Shown here one piece after another: positions 43,908 through 52,699 of a stretch of DNA of 64,000 nucleotides. The stretch comes from Candidatus Eiseniibacteriota bacterium (GTDB lineage Bacteria > Eisenbacteria > RBG-16-71-46 > SZUA-252): contig OY969801.1 in NCBI GenBank assembly GCA_963703225.1, positions 96,001 to 160,000 on the forward strand, given 5' to 3'. The notes beneath the pieces are model-generated. The model ran no database searches and was not told the DNA's origin. It saw nothing but the letters and a program-made list of their open reading frames with translations. The position numbers and the translations under genes are program-made. Within the stretch, counting starts at the first letter, position 1. Each line of letters opens with the position of its first letter.

Positions 43908-45594
43908 CGCGCTTCTCGCCGCGCTGCTCTGGACCGGAGGGATTCCGGTCCCCGCGGCGGGAGCGCCGCCCCTCCGCGACGCCCCCGTCGTCTGGGAGGT
44001 CGACGACCGGGGCGACATCCCACTACCCAAGGAACGCGACCCGAACCTCCTTCGGGACGGAATCGACGAGTCGTTCTTTGCGCCGGTGGGCCGCCTCTTC
44101 AACCCGAGCCGGCTGATCCGGAAAGCCGGGACACCGTTTGGGGCCGATCATGTCCCCGCCGCCTCGGATTTGAACTCGCTCGACGAGGTTCCCAACTCGT
44201 CCTGGTTCACCAATCGGATCGGGCTTCATTCCATGACGCCCGAAGAGGTCGCGCGCGGCCCCGCCCACGGCGATGGCCCGGATCGAAGCGCCCCCTGGAA
44301 GGTGGTCAGCGCGAAGACCCAGGGGGTCACGCCCGGGTTCAACATCCGCGACGCGCAAGGGAAGGTCTACCTCATCAAGTTCGACCCTCCCTGCTGCCCC
44401 GGCATGTCGAGCGCGGCGGGCGTCATCACCGGGCGCCTCCTCCACGCCGCGGGCTACAACGTTCCCGAGGATTTCGTCGTCACGTTCCGCCGCGAGGATC
44501 TGGTGCTGGGCGACAAGGTCAAGATTACCGATCCCGACGGTACCAAGAGGCCGATGGTGGTCGACGATCTCGATCGAATCCTAGCCAGGGTCGTCCAGGA
44601 GCCGGACTCGAGCTGGCGCGCGATCGCGAGCAAGTTTCTCTCCGGGAAGCCGGTCGGGCCGTTCGACTGGCGGGGGACGCGCAAGGACGATCCGAACGAC
44701 ACCGTGCGGCACGACAACCGCCGCGAGCTTCGAGGCCTCCGCGTCATCGCGGCGTGGCTCGACCATTTCGACATGAAGCAGGGGAACACGCTCGACATGT
44801 ACGTGGAGGATGCGGGGCGCCACTATGTCCGGCACCACCTGATCGATTTCGCGAGCACGCTGGGGGCCGGCGCGACGGGACCGTTCCCGCTCGCCAACTA
44901 CGAATATGCGTTCGACGCGACGGCCAGCATGGGCCGCGCGCTCTCGCTGGGTTTCCACCAGAGTCCCTGGGAGCGGATCGATCGCCCCGCGGGGCTCGAC
45001 GAGGTTGGGTATCTGGAGTCGAAGGAGTTTGAGCCCTCGAAGTGGAAGCCGCTCGATCCGAACGCGACGTTCGCCAATCTCACCGACCGGGACGGCTACT
45101 GGGCCTCCAAGATCGTCTCGGCCTTCACGGATGAGCAGATCGCGGCCGCCGTGGCCGAAGGGCACTACCAGAATCCCGTGGCCGCGACCTACGTCACGCG
45201 GATGCTGCGGGAGCGCCGCGACAAGGTGGCGCGCCGTTGGTTCGATCGGGTGGCGCCGCTCGACTTCTTCACCGTCGACGGGGAGGCGCTTCACTTCCGC
45301 GACCTAGGGGCCGAGCGGGGAATCTACCCCGGCACGACCCCGCGGTACCGGCTGCGCGCGGGCGTGGTCCGTGCCGATCGAGGCGGAGCCCGGTGGTCGG
45401 ACTGGAAGGAGACTTCGGAGTCGGTGCTCGATCTTGCGGACGCCGTCGGGCGGGAGCCGATCCGCTCCGCGACCGAAGCCGAACGGCCGTTTCTCGCGGT
45501 AGAGGCACAGGTCGACCGCGGCTCCGGCTGGGGCCCTTCGGTCACCGTCTACATCGCCAGGGGGAGTGGGCGCGTCGTGGCGCTCTCGCGCTGA
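43879..45594 (+). CDS. Secreted atypical kinase-like protein (HipA/PI3-4K-like motifs)
   Basis: Signal peptide. 'GVTPG', 'YLIKFD', 'RLLHAAGYNVP', 'DMKQGN' and 'LIDFA' occur in kinase order. Confidence 0.6.
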   Translation: MDAIRFRPASALLAALLWTGGIPVPAAGAPPLRDAPVVWEVDDRGDIPLPKERDPNLLRDGIDESFFAPVGRLFNPSRLIRKAGTPFGADHVPAASDLNSLDEVPNSSWFTNRIGLHSMTPEEVARGPAHGDGPDRSAPWKVVSAKTQGVTPGFNIRDAQGKVYLIKFDPPCCPGMSSAAGVITGRLLHAAGYNVPEDFVVTFRREDLVLGDKVKITDPDGTKRPMVVDDLDRILARVVQEPDSSWRAIASKFLSGKPVGPFDWRGTRKDDPNDTVRHDNRRELRGLRVIAAWLDHFDMKQGNTLDMYVEDAGRHYVRHHLIDFASTLGAGATGPFPLANYEYAFDATASMGRALSLGFHQSPWERIDRPAGLDEVGYLESKEFEPSKWKPLDPNATFANLTDRDGYWASKIVSAFTDEQIAAAVAEGHYQNPVAATYVTRMLRERRDKVARRWFDRVAPLDFFTVDGEALHFRDLGAERGIYPGTTPRYRLRAGVVRADRGGARWSDWKETSESVLDLADAVGREPIRSATEAERPFLAVEAQVDRGSGWGPSVTVYIARGSGRVVALSR

Positions 45595-45610
45595 GAGAAA
45601 GGGGAACTGA

Positions 45611-47113
45611 ATGGCCGGAGAGCGGAAGCCCGGCGGGGTCGAGCGGATTCTCAAAGTGTTCACCGAGGTTCACCCCGGCGAGGCCGGGACCGCGCTTCTC
45701 TTGACCGCGAATGTCTTCCTGCTTCTCTGCGCCTACTCGCTTCTGAAAGTCCTCCGAGAGCCACTGATCCTCGCGGGCGGCGGAGCCGAGGTGAAGAGCT
45801 ACTCCGCCGCGGGGCAGGCGATTCTTCTTTTGATCGCCGTCCCGCTCTACGCGGCGCTCGCGAACCGATATCCGCGGCGGCAGCTCATCAACGTCGTCAC
45901 CGCGCTTCTTCCTCATCTGCCTTGTCCTCTTCTTCGTCTTGGCGCGGCTCAACGCCCCCGTGGGCGTTGTCTTCTACATCTGGCTCGGCATCTTCAACGT
46001 GATGCTCGTCGCCCAGTTCTGGTCGTTTGCCAACGACCTCTACACCAACGACGAAGGAAAGAGGCTCTTCCCGATCGTCGCCTTTGGTCAGTCGTGCGGC
46101 GCGGTTGTCGGCGCTTACCTCGCCGGACGCGCCATCGATTGGATCGGGCTCTATCCCATCTTTCTGCTCTCGGCGGCGATCTTGGTGTCGGGCACCGTGA
46201 TCACGAACCTCGTCGATGCGAGGGAACGCAAGCGCACCGAGGCCGCGCGGTCCGTCATGGAGTCGACGGCGACGCTTCCGGCGTCGACGCGCGAAGTGCG
46301 GCTCGAGTCGGGCGCGTTCCGGATCGCGGATCTCGAGGCCGAGATGCGGAAGTCGGAGGAGACGGGCGCGGCGGGAACGCCGATGCCGCCCGCCTCAGGC
46401 GGCTCAACGTCCGGCGCCCAAACCGGAACCTCCCGTGGCTCGGGGGGGCGCGTTCGGGCTCGTCTTTCGGAGCCGCTACCTCCTCCTGATCGCTCTAATG
46501 GTGTTGCTGTTGAATTGGGTCAACTCCACGGGAGAGTACATTCTAGGTCGCACGGTCTCCCGCGCGGCGACCGAGGCCCTCTCCGTCGCGCACCTGACCG
46601 GTGACGCGGCCGACGCGGCCAGGAAGGTCTTCATCGGGAAGTTCTATTCCGCCTATCAGCTCGGCGTGAACCTCTTGGGCCTCTTCCTCCAGCTCTTCGT
46701 CGTGTCGCGCATTCTGAAATACTTTGGCGTCCGCGCGGCGGTCCTGGTGCTCCCCGCCATCGCGCTCTTTGGATACGGCGTCCTCGCGTTCTACCCCATT
46801 CTCAGCCTGGTTCGCTGGGTGAAGACCGCGGAGAACGCCACCGACTATTCGATTCAGAACACGGTGAGGCAGGTACTCTTCCTGCCCACGACGCGCGAGC
46901 AGAAGTACAAGGCGAAGCAGGTCATCGATTCCTTCTGCGTGCGCGCCGGAGACGTTCTCTCGGCGGCTTTGGTGCTCGTCGGGACGCGGCTCCTCTCCCT
47001 CCACACGGAGGGCTTCGCGATGTTCAACCTGGCTCTTGGTGGCGGCCTGGATCGTGATCGCGATCATGATCGGTAAGGAACACGAGAAGGCGGTCGCGGT
47101 CACCACGGCCTGA
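45611..47113 (+). CDS. Npt1/Npt2 (TLC ATP/ADP translocase-like) nucleotide transporter (three +1 frameshifts near 45905, 46445 and 47038)
   Basis: 'YSLLKVLREPL', 'AQFWSFANDLY...GKRLFP' and 'DYSIQNTVRQVLFLP...KYKAKQVID...RAGD'. Confidence 0.82.
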
Positions 47114-47162
47114 CGCGACTGCCCAAGCCTAGCGCCGCCGCCAGCCTTCGAGGTGGGCCGGC

Positions 47163-49412
47163 CTACTGCTGCTTCTTCTTCAGATCCTCCAGGCGAAGCG
47201 CGATCGACTCATTTGATTTCAGGAGTGCCTGCAGGGCTTCGTGCGTGGAGCGCGGCGAGCTGGGGCGCCTGGGGCGATTGTCTTCGAGGAAGGGCCAGAG
47301 CGGTTTCCGGATTTCCGGTGGGAGCGCGCTCTCGAGATATTCGAGCGCGGTGCCGCGGAGCAGCGGATCGTCGGTATGGAGCCCCCGAAACGCGATCCGA
47401 AGCGGCTGCCGGGGGAGTGCGAGCGAGAGGAGCGTGAAGACGTGCTCCAAGCTCCTGCTCGCGCGATCGCGGACCACCTCGTCCATGACCGGCGACCAGG
47501 CCTCATCGTCCATGCGGTCGAGCAGCTGACGCCCCTTCCACACCCCCGTGCCCGCCTCCACCTCGTGGAGGACGGCCTGGAATGCCGACTCTCGCGGTAT
47601 CTGCAGTGTCGGATCGATATCCTTCATGTGCGCCAGGGCGCGGCCGCAGCGGTAGCGGACCTCAAAGCGGCGGTCGCCCAGTCCGCGAAGCAGCCCCTCG
47701 GCCGCACGCGCGTCCTTGTATGTGGCGAGCACGAGCGGGATGCGGCGCCGGATCGTGAAGTCCTCCTCCGGGTCGAGGAGCCGTGACGCCAGCACTTCCG
47801 TGGCAGCCGGTCCCGCCTTCCGCAGGGCGTCGATGGCGTCGCGCGCGGCGTCGTCCCAAGCGAGGAGCGAGATGACGTGGGGAAAGAGGGGCGGCGTGAG
47901 GTCCCCGTCCGCCAGCGCGTCACGAACTCGAGCCAACTCGCGGGAGTGGAGATTCCGGACGCGCGGGAGTTCCGGGTCGGACTCTTCGTGTACCTCCACC
48001 GCCATCGTCGATACCTCGGACGGCGGCAGACCCGGCGCCGTGCCGGGTCGGGGCGTTTCCGATTCCGATCTGGGAACCCGCATGATCTGGCTCAGCGCCA
48101 TGGGTCCCAGCGTCTGGAGAACGGTCGATCGCGTCGCCGCGTCGTAGTTGCCGGAGAGATCGAGCTCCTCCGCGCGCGACACCACGGCGCGCGCCAGCGT
48201 CTGGTGGTATCCCGAGTGAAGCCGCAGGGCGATGTACAGGGCCGCCGCCGCGAAGATCGCCGCGCCACACATGAGAATGACGCCGGCCCGCGGCATCGAC
48301 ATCGCGACCACCACCTGAGCCAGCGAGGCGGCCAAGAATCCCCCCACCTTGGAGGCGCCCACGTCGGCGAGCGCCTTGACCGCGCGTTTTTCCCTCGCCT
48401 GGACCGGTGTGAAGAGAAGCTCGTAGCCGGCGCGGTAGAGCGAATTGGAGAAGACCGACTCGACGCCCGCGGCGATCACCGCAGACGGAAGGCCCGGGAC
48501 CGCGATCGCGCCCACCGAAGCGGCGGCCACGCCGGCGGGCAGGACGGCGGCTGTCCGCGCGGGGCCGAGCTTCTGGAGAGCGAAGCGGCTCAGGGTTGCC
48601 TGCGCGACCACGGTCAGGAAGGACGCCCCGGTGTAGAACGCGGCGAAGAAGCGGAGCAGGTCTCCCCCCTGTCCGAAGGCCAGCGAGGCGCGTCCTTTGA
48701 ACACTAACTCGACCAGCCCCTCGCTCAGGGTTAGCAGGAGCACGAGGGCCATGAGACCTCGGAGATAGGGAGACCCTATCAGGGCGCGAACGTAATTGAA
48801 CTTTTCAGGTTCTCCGCGATGCCCCTTCGGGCGGGGCGCCGGCCCGCCGAGCCGCAGCCGCAGAACCGCGGCGGCGCAGACGAGGTGGAAGATGGCCAGG
48901 ATCGGGAGCATCGTGGTCACCGGCAAATTCCGCCCCACCAAAGATGCCACCACGCCGCCGGCCAGCCCACCGGTGGTCCCCCCCGCGGTGATCCGGCCGA
49001 GCTGAAGTTTCGCGGTGCGCGGGTCGAAGCGCTCGTTCAGGAAGGACCAAAATCCCGAGATCAAGAGCGCGCCCAAGCAGCCGTAGTGGAGATAGACGAG
49101 GACGGCCGCGACCTTGGGGAGAGGGAACGAGATCGCCCATTCAGCGAGAAGCAGCGCGGCGCTCCCGGCGAACGCGGTGGGGATGAGGCGCTCCGGACCC
49201 CAAGCGGTGAGGGCGCGGGAGGAAGCGAACGAGAGGACGATCGCCAGGACGGAGGTCGCGATCATCATCGCCGGGAGCGAGGTCACCGGGAAATTCGAAA
49301 GGAAAAACGCGTCGCGCGTCGCCTTGGCCCCGACCTGGTAGGCGATCATCGAGGTGGCCGTCACGGTAGCGGCCATTACGGCCGAGCGGGTGTCGGTTCG
49401 GTTCGGGCCCAA
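47163..49412 (-). CDS. Npt-like transporter fused to C-terminal HEAT repeats
   Basis: 'KATRDAFFLS', 'FWSFLNERFDPRTAK' and 'YRAGYELLFTPV..EKRAVK'. HEAT segments 'IRRRIPLVL', 'FEVRYRCGRAL' and 'GTALEYLE'. Confidence 0.8.
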   Translation of the reverse strand: MGPNRTDTRSAVMAATVTATSMIAYQVGAKATRDAFFLSNFPVTSLPAMMIATSVLAIVLSFASSRALTAWGPERLIPTAFAGSAALLLAEWAISFPLPKVAAVLVYLHYGCLGALLISGFWSFLNERFDPRTAKLQLGRITAGGTTGGLAGGVVASLVGRNLPVTTMLPILAIFHLVCAAAVLRLRLGGPAPRPKGHRGEPEKFNYVRALIGSPYLRGLMALVLLLTLSEGLVELVFKGRASLAFGQGGDLLRFFAAFYTGASFLTVVAQATLSRFALQKLGPARTAAVLPAGVAAASVGAIAVPGLPSAVIAAGVESVFSNSLYRAGYELLFTPVQAREKRAVKALADVGASKVGGFLAASLAQVVVAMSMPRAGVILMCGAAIFAAAALYIALRLHSGYHQTLARAVVSRAEELDLSGNYDAATRSTVLQTLGPMALSQIMRVPRSESETPRPGTAPGLPPSEVSTMAVEVHEESDPELPRVRNLHSRELARVRDALADGDLTPPLFPHVISLLAWDDAARDAIDALRKAGPAATEVLASRLLDPEEDFTIRRRIPLVLATYKDARAAEGLLRGLGDRRFEVRYRCGRALAHMKDIDPTLQIPRESAFQAVLHEVEAGTGVWKGRQLLDRMDDEAWSPVMDEVVRDRASRSLEHVFTLLSLALPRQPLRIAFRGLHTDDPLLRGTALEYLESALPPEIRKPLWPFLEDNRPRRPSSPRSTHEALQALLKSNESIALRLEDLKKKQQ

Positions 49413-49466
49413 GCCCAGAGTTTAACCTGGATGTAGACCTCGGGAAGCGTGGTCTGGGCGGGCGCC

Positions 49467-50024
49467 CTACCTTCCCGGCCGCTCGATGATCAAGATCGCG
49501 GTCCGCTCGAGCCGGCGGTAGAGGGAATAGATGCCCCACGCGGCCAGGGGGGCCAGCGCGATTCCGATGCTGAGCCAGGAGACGGGGTCGAGATCCACGT
49601 GGGTCGCCGAAGTGGCCGAGAACGCCAGCCACCACCAGTGGGCTCCGAGATTCACCGTCGCGTCGAAGAGCCACTGGGGGTTCCAGAGGGCCCCCACGCC
49701 CAACGATATTCCCAGGGTGACCGAGACCACGCTCATCGGATCGGTCGCGAGTCTGGCCCACCAGGGGAAGAGAGGGCGTCCCACCGGGACCTCGCGGGTG
49801 CGCTCGGCGATGACCTCGACGCGGTTCATCACGCTGGCGACGAATCCCGGCGACGCGGCGATCACCGGGCTCGCGGCCTCCGAGCGGAGGGCTTCCTCTA
49901 CCACGAGCGCAGCCCCGAGGGCCCGGCCGCACCGGGCACAGCCGGCGGCGTGCTTCCGCGCGCGCCGGCGATCGCGCTCCGGTTCTCCCTTGTTGAGCCA
50001 GCGCTCGAACTCGTTACACTTCAT
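49467..50024 (-). CDS. Membrane-bound ZAS (zf-HC2) anti-sigma factor
   Basis: 'MKC...HAAGCARC' zinc motif followed by TM helices. Overlaps the ECF stop. Confidence 0.75.
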   Translation of the reverse strand: MKCNEFERWLNKGEPERDRRRARKHAAGCARCGRALGAALVVEEALRSEAASPVIAASPGFVASVMNRVEVIAERTREVPVGRPLFPWWARLATDPMSVVSVTLGISLGVGALWNPQWLFDATVNLGAHWWWLAFSATSATHVDLDPVSWLSIGIALAPLAAWGIYSLYRRLERTAILIIERPGR

Positions 50025-50631
50025 CCGAAGCCTCCACGCGCTCCCGCCGCAGCCACTCTCGGCGCAGTGCGGCCCGCGCCCGCGACAGGTTCGTCTTTAC
50101 GGTCCCCTCCGGCATCTCCAAGATCCGCCCGATCTCCGCCACCGAATGCTCCTCATAATAGAAGAGCGCGATCACCCCGCGCTGGGTTTCGGGTAGACCT
50201 TCCATCAACCGCGCGAGCCTCCGCGAATCGAGACTCGGGACACTGCCCTGGACGCCCGGCTCGTCGGCCTCCTCCAGCGATTCCTCCCGCGCGCGGCGGG
50301 CGCGAAGCATTCCCACTCGATCGAGCGCCCGGCGGACCACGATCCGATAGAGCCACGTGGAGAACGCCGCATCGCCCCGGAATTCTTTGATCCCGATCCA
50401 GGCTTTGACGAACGCATCCTGGGCAACTTCCTCCGCGTCGGGGTCGGAGCGCAGAATTCGAAACGCGATGCCGCAAGCCCTATCTCGATACCGCTCAACC
50501 AGAAACCGATAGGCTGCCGTGTCACCGCCGCGGCATCGAGCGATCAACTCGGTTTCGTCGGCCTGGGGGCCGGGGGCGGGAGCCTTTGCACCTCCCGGCT
50601 CGCCTGCCTGGACGCCGCGGGTTGGGTTCAC
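50014..50631 (-). CDS. ECF sigma factor (RpoE/SigW-like)
   Basis: 'DAEEVAQDAFVKAW', 'FSTWLYRI' and 'EIGRILEMPEGTVKTNLSRAR'. GTG 50631 chosen from promoter position (ATG 50670 is the alternative). Confidence 0.9.
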   Translation of the reverse strand: MNPTRGVQAGEPGGAKAPAPGPQADETELIARCRGGDTAAYRFLVERYRDRACGIAFRILRSDPDAEEVAQDAFVKAWIGIKEFRGDAAFSTWLYRIVVRRALDRVGMLRARRAREESLEEADEPGVQGSVPSLDSRRLARLMEGLPETQRGVIALFYYEEHSVAEIGRILEMPEGTVKTNLSRARAALRREWLRRERVEASDEV

Positions 50632-50641
50632 CCTGGTATTC

Positions 50642-50697
50642 GACGGGCCAAGGCGCGCCTTCGGTTTCATGAAACCGCCGGGTCGATCGGACCCGTC
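50642..50697. promoter_or_regulatory. Back-to-back ECF-type promoters sharing a palindromic -35
   Basis: Palindrome CGGTTTCATGAAACCG at 50662-50677. TGAAAC-N18-CGTC occurs on both strands. Confidence 0.7.
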
Positions 50698-50782
50698 TAC
50701 TCTGGCAGGTGCGAAATAGCCGGCCCCATGGTGGGAGCCGGCACCGACCAACAAGTTAAGACTCAGGAAAGGGAGCCTTGTC

Positions 50783-51202
50783 ATGGAGAACATCTTGTTT
50801 CCCTTTACGCTGGCCATACCCATCATCGCGATCGTCGGCGGCATCAGCGTCGCGATCGTGCGGCTCCTCACCCAAGCTCGCCTGGAAGAGCTGGCGCGCC
50901 GCGAGCGGATCGCCGCGATCGAGCGGGGGATTCCCCCCGAAAAGCTGCCCCCGTTAGCTGGGCCCTCGCATGAGTTCTACCCCCTTGGAGACAGCCGGCT
51001 TCGGCGCGCGCACAGCCTCCTGATCGGCGGGCTGATCCTCGTCGCCTGCGGGATCGGTATTGGGATCATGATGATGACCTTCGACTCGGACAAAAGCCGT
51101 GGAGTGGTGGGCCTTCTGCCGATGCTCGTGGGGGTGGCGCTCCTCGTCAGCTCGACGATCGTCTGGCCGCGCGATAGCGGCGCCAACCCGCCCCGCAGCT
51201 AG
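50783..51202 (+). CDS. DUF6249-like small membrane protein
   Basis: TM helix, 'RERIAAIERG', then two TM helices. Divergent from the ECF gene. Confidence 0.7.
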   Translation: MENILFPFTLAIPIIAIVGGISVAIVRLLTQARLEELARRERIAAIERGIPPEKLPPLAGPSHEFYPLGDSRLRRAHSLLIGGLILVACGIGIGIMMMTFDSDKSRGVVGLLPMLVGVALLVSSTIVWPRDSGANPPRS

Positions 51203-51226
51203 GCGCCCGCCTCGCCGCCACCGCGC

Positions 51227-52057
51227 CTACTGCACCTCGACCAGCCGCCGCCTCAGGTCGGGGCTCAACGAGCCGACGAACACCTCTTCCACGGGGCCCG
51301 TCATGATGATCGATAGGTCGTCCGCGACCTCGACGTCAAGCTGCCCCCCCTCCATGATCACCGTCACGTGGGGACCCACGAGGCCCCGATCGAAGCAGGC
51401 GGCCGCCACCGCGCAGGCGCTGGTGCCCGAAGCGAGCGTGTGGCCGGCGCCGCGCTCCCAGACCAGGGCGCGGATGCGCTCCCTCGACTCGGGGGCGGCG
51501 AGCTGGACGTTGATCCGCCCGGGAAAGCGGGCGTGGTTTTCGACCAGCGGACCGATCGTAAAAAGGCGGTCGCGCGTGTGGGGCTGGCCAAAGACCACGC
51601 AGTGGGGATTGCCGACCGAGACGATCGTGACGTCGAGCCGGCTTCCTTGCGCGTCGATGGATTTGACGGCGCGGTCGATCGACGCCCGCCCCATCTCCAA
51701 TCGCACCGAGTGGACGCGGCCCCCGTCCTTGTAGACCTCGGTTCGCACCGGCCCTGCCGGCGTTTCGATCGAGAACGACTGCTCGATCGTGTAATCGTGG
51801 TCGCTCAAGAATTTGGCCGCGATGCGAAGTCCGTTCCCGCTCCGCTCCGCCTGCGAGCCGTCGGGATTCCAGATCTTCACCAAGAAGCGGTCGTCGGTCG
51901 CGGCCACCTCGAGCACGCCGTCAGACCCGAGCCCCAGATGCCGGTGGCAGAGGAGGCGGACGCGCTCCGGCGTGAGCGGAATCCCAAACCGGGCCGAGTC
52001 GATGACGATGTAGTCGTTTCCCAGCCCGTGTGACTTGACGAAATCAGCGTCGAGCAT
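51227..52057 (-). CDS. dapF: Diaminopimelate epimerase
   Basis: 'FVKSHGLGNDY', 'NPDGSQAERSGNG', 'GNPHCV' and 'WERGAGHTLASGT'. Confidence 0.9.
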   Translation of the reverse strand: MLDADFVKSHGLGNDYIVIDSARFGIPLTPERVRLLCHRHLGLGSDGVLEVAATDDRFLVKIWNPDGSQAERSGNGLRIAAKFLSDHDYTIEQSFSIETPAGPVRTEVYKDGGRVHSVRLEMGRASIDRAVKSIDAQGSRLDVTIVSVGNPHCVVFGQPHTRDRLFTIGPLVENHARFPGRINVQLAAPESRERIRALVWERGAGHTLASGTSACAVAAACFDRGLVGPHVTVIMEGGQLDVEVADDLSIIMTGPVEEVFVGSLSPDLRRRLVEVQ

Positions 52058-52688
52058 GATCGGCCTCCAGGCCCGCGGCGCCGAGCGCCTCCGCGACGCC
52101 GTCGCGCCCTGCCCACGGGGCGCAGCGCTCGATCGTCTCCCTCACGCCGGCTCGAGTTCCCCCTACGTGTACCGCCCCTATGGCGTGGGACCGCAGCTGG
52201 CGCCACATGCGGGTCACGGTGAGGATCGCGATCACCGCATATTCCCGGTCCACGGCGCCGAGGGCGGGCCGGGAGAGCGTCTTGCCATAGCCCTCGAGGA
52301 TCATCGACGATGTCAGGTCCGGCGAGAGCGACCGCATGGTCTCCATGAGCTTCTCGTAGTTTCGCCCGTAGACCCTGCGACAGAGCGATTCGCCATCGCG
52401 CTGCCAAGCGCCCGTATCGACCGGTGCCGCGTTCTTGGGTATCGCGCCAGTCCTCTCCAGCGTGGATCGCGCGGCGAAGAGCGCTTCGATGGCGCGAGGA
52501 AATCCGACAAAGAGGTAGCTCTGAAGAATGGTTTCGTAGAGCGCGGGGGGCGGGAGACCGGCCTCAACGGCCGCGCCCGATTCCCGTTCCACGGAGGCGG
52601 CGTCGGCCGAGGCAATGGCGGCCGACAGCGTGACCAGCGCCCTCTGTGCGGCCGTGAGCGCTTGATCGGACCCCCGCGCGTCGCGCAT
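52044..52688 (-). CDS. Carboxymuconolactone decarboxylase / AhpD-like protein
   Basis: 'LFVGFPRAI', 'YGKTLSRPAL...RE' and 'QLRSHAIGA'. Confidence 0.75.
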   Translation of the reverse strand: MRDARGSDQALTAAQRALVTLSAAIASADAASVERESGAAVEAGLPPPALYETILQSYLFVGFPRAIEALFAARSTLERTGAIPKNAAPVDTGAWQRDGESLCRRVYGRNYEKLMETMRSLSPDLTSSMILEGYGKTLSRPALGAVDREYAVIAILTVTRMWRQLRSHAIGAVHVGGTRAGVRETIERCAPWAGRDGVAEALGAAGLEADHARR

Positions 52689-52699
52689 CCTCGCAGCGT

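Noticed and set aside
43879..45594. HipBA toxin-antitoxin module
   Set aside because: There is no adjacent HTH antitoxin, and the protein carries an export signal.
45611..49412. Npt genes as evidence of an energy-parasitic lifestyle
   Set aside because: The region is high-GC, gene-rich and carries intact catabolic genes. NTT-like and NTT-HEAT proteins also occur in free-living bacteria.
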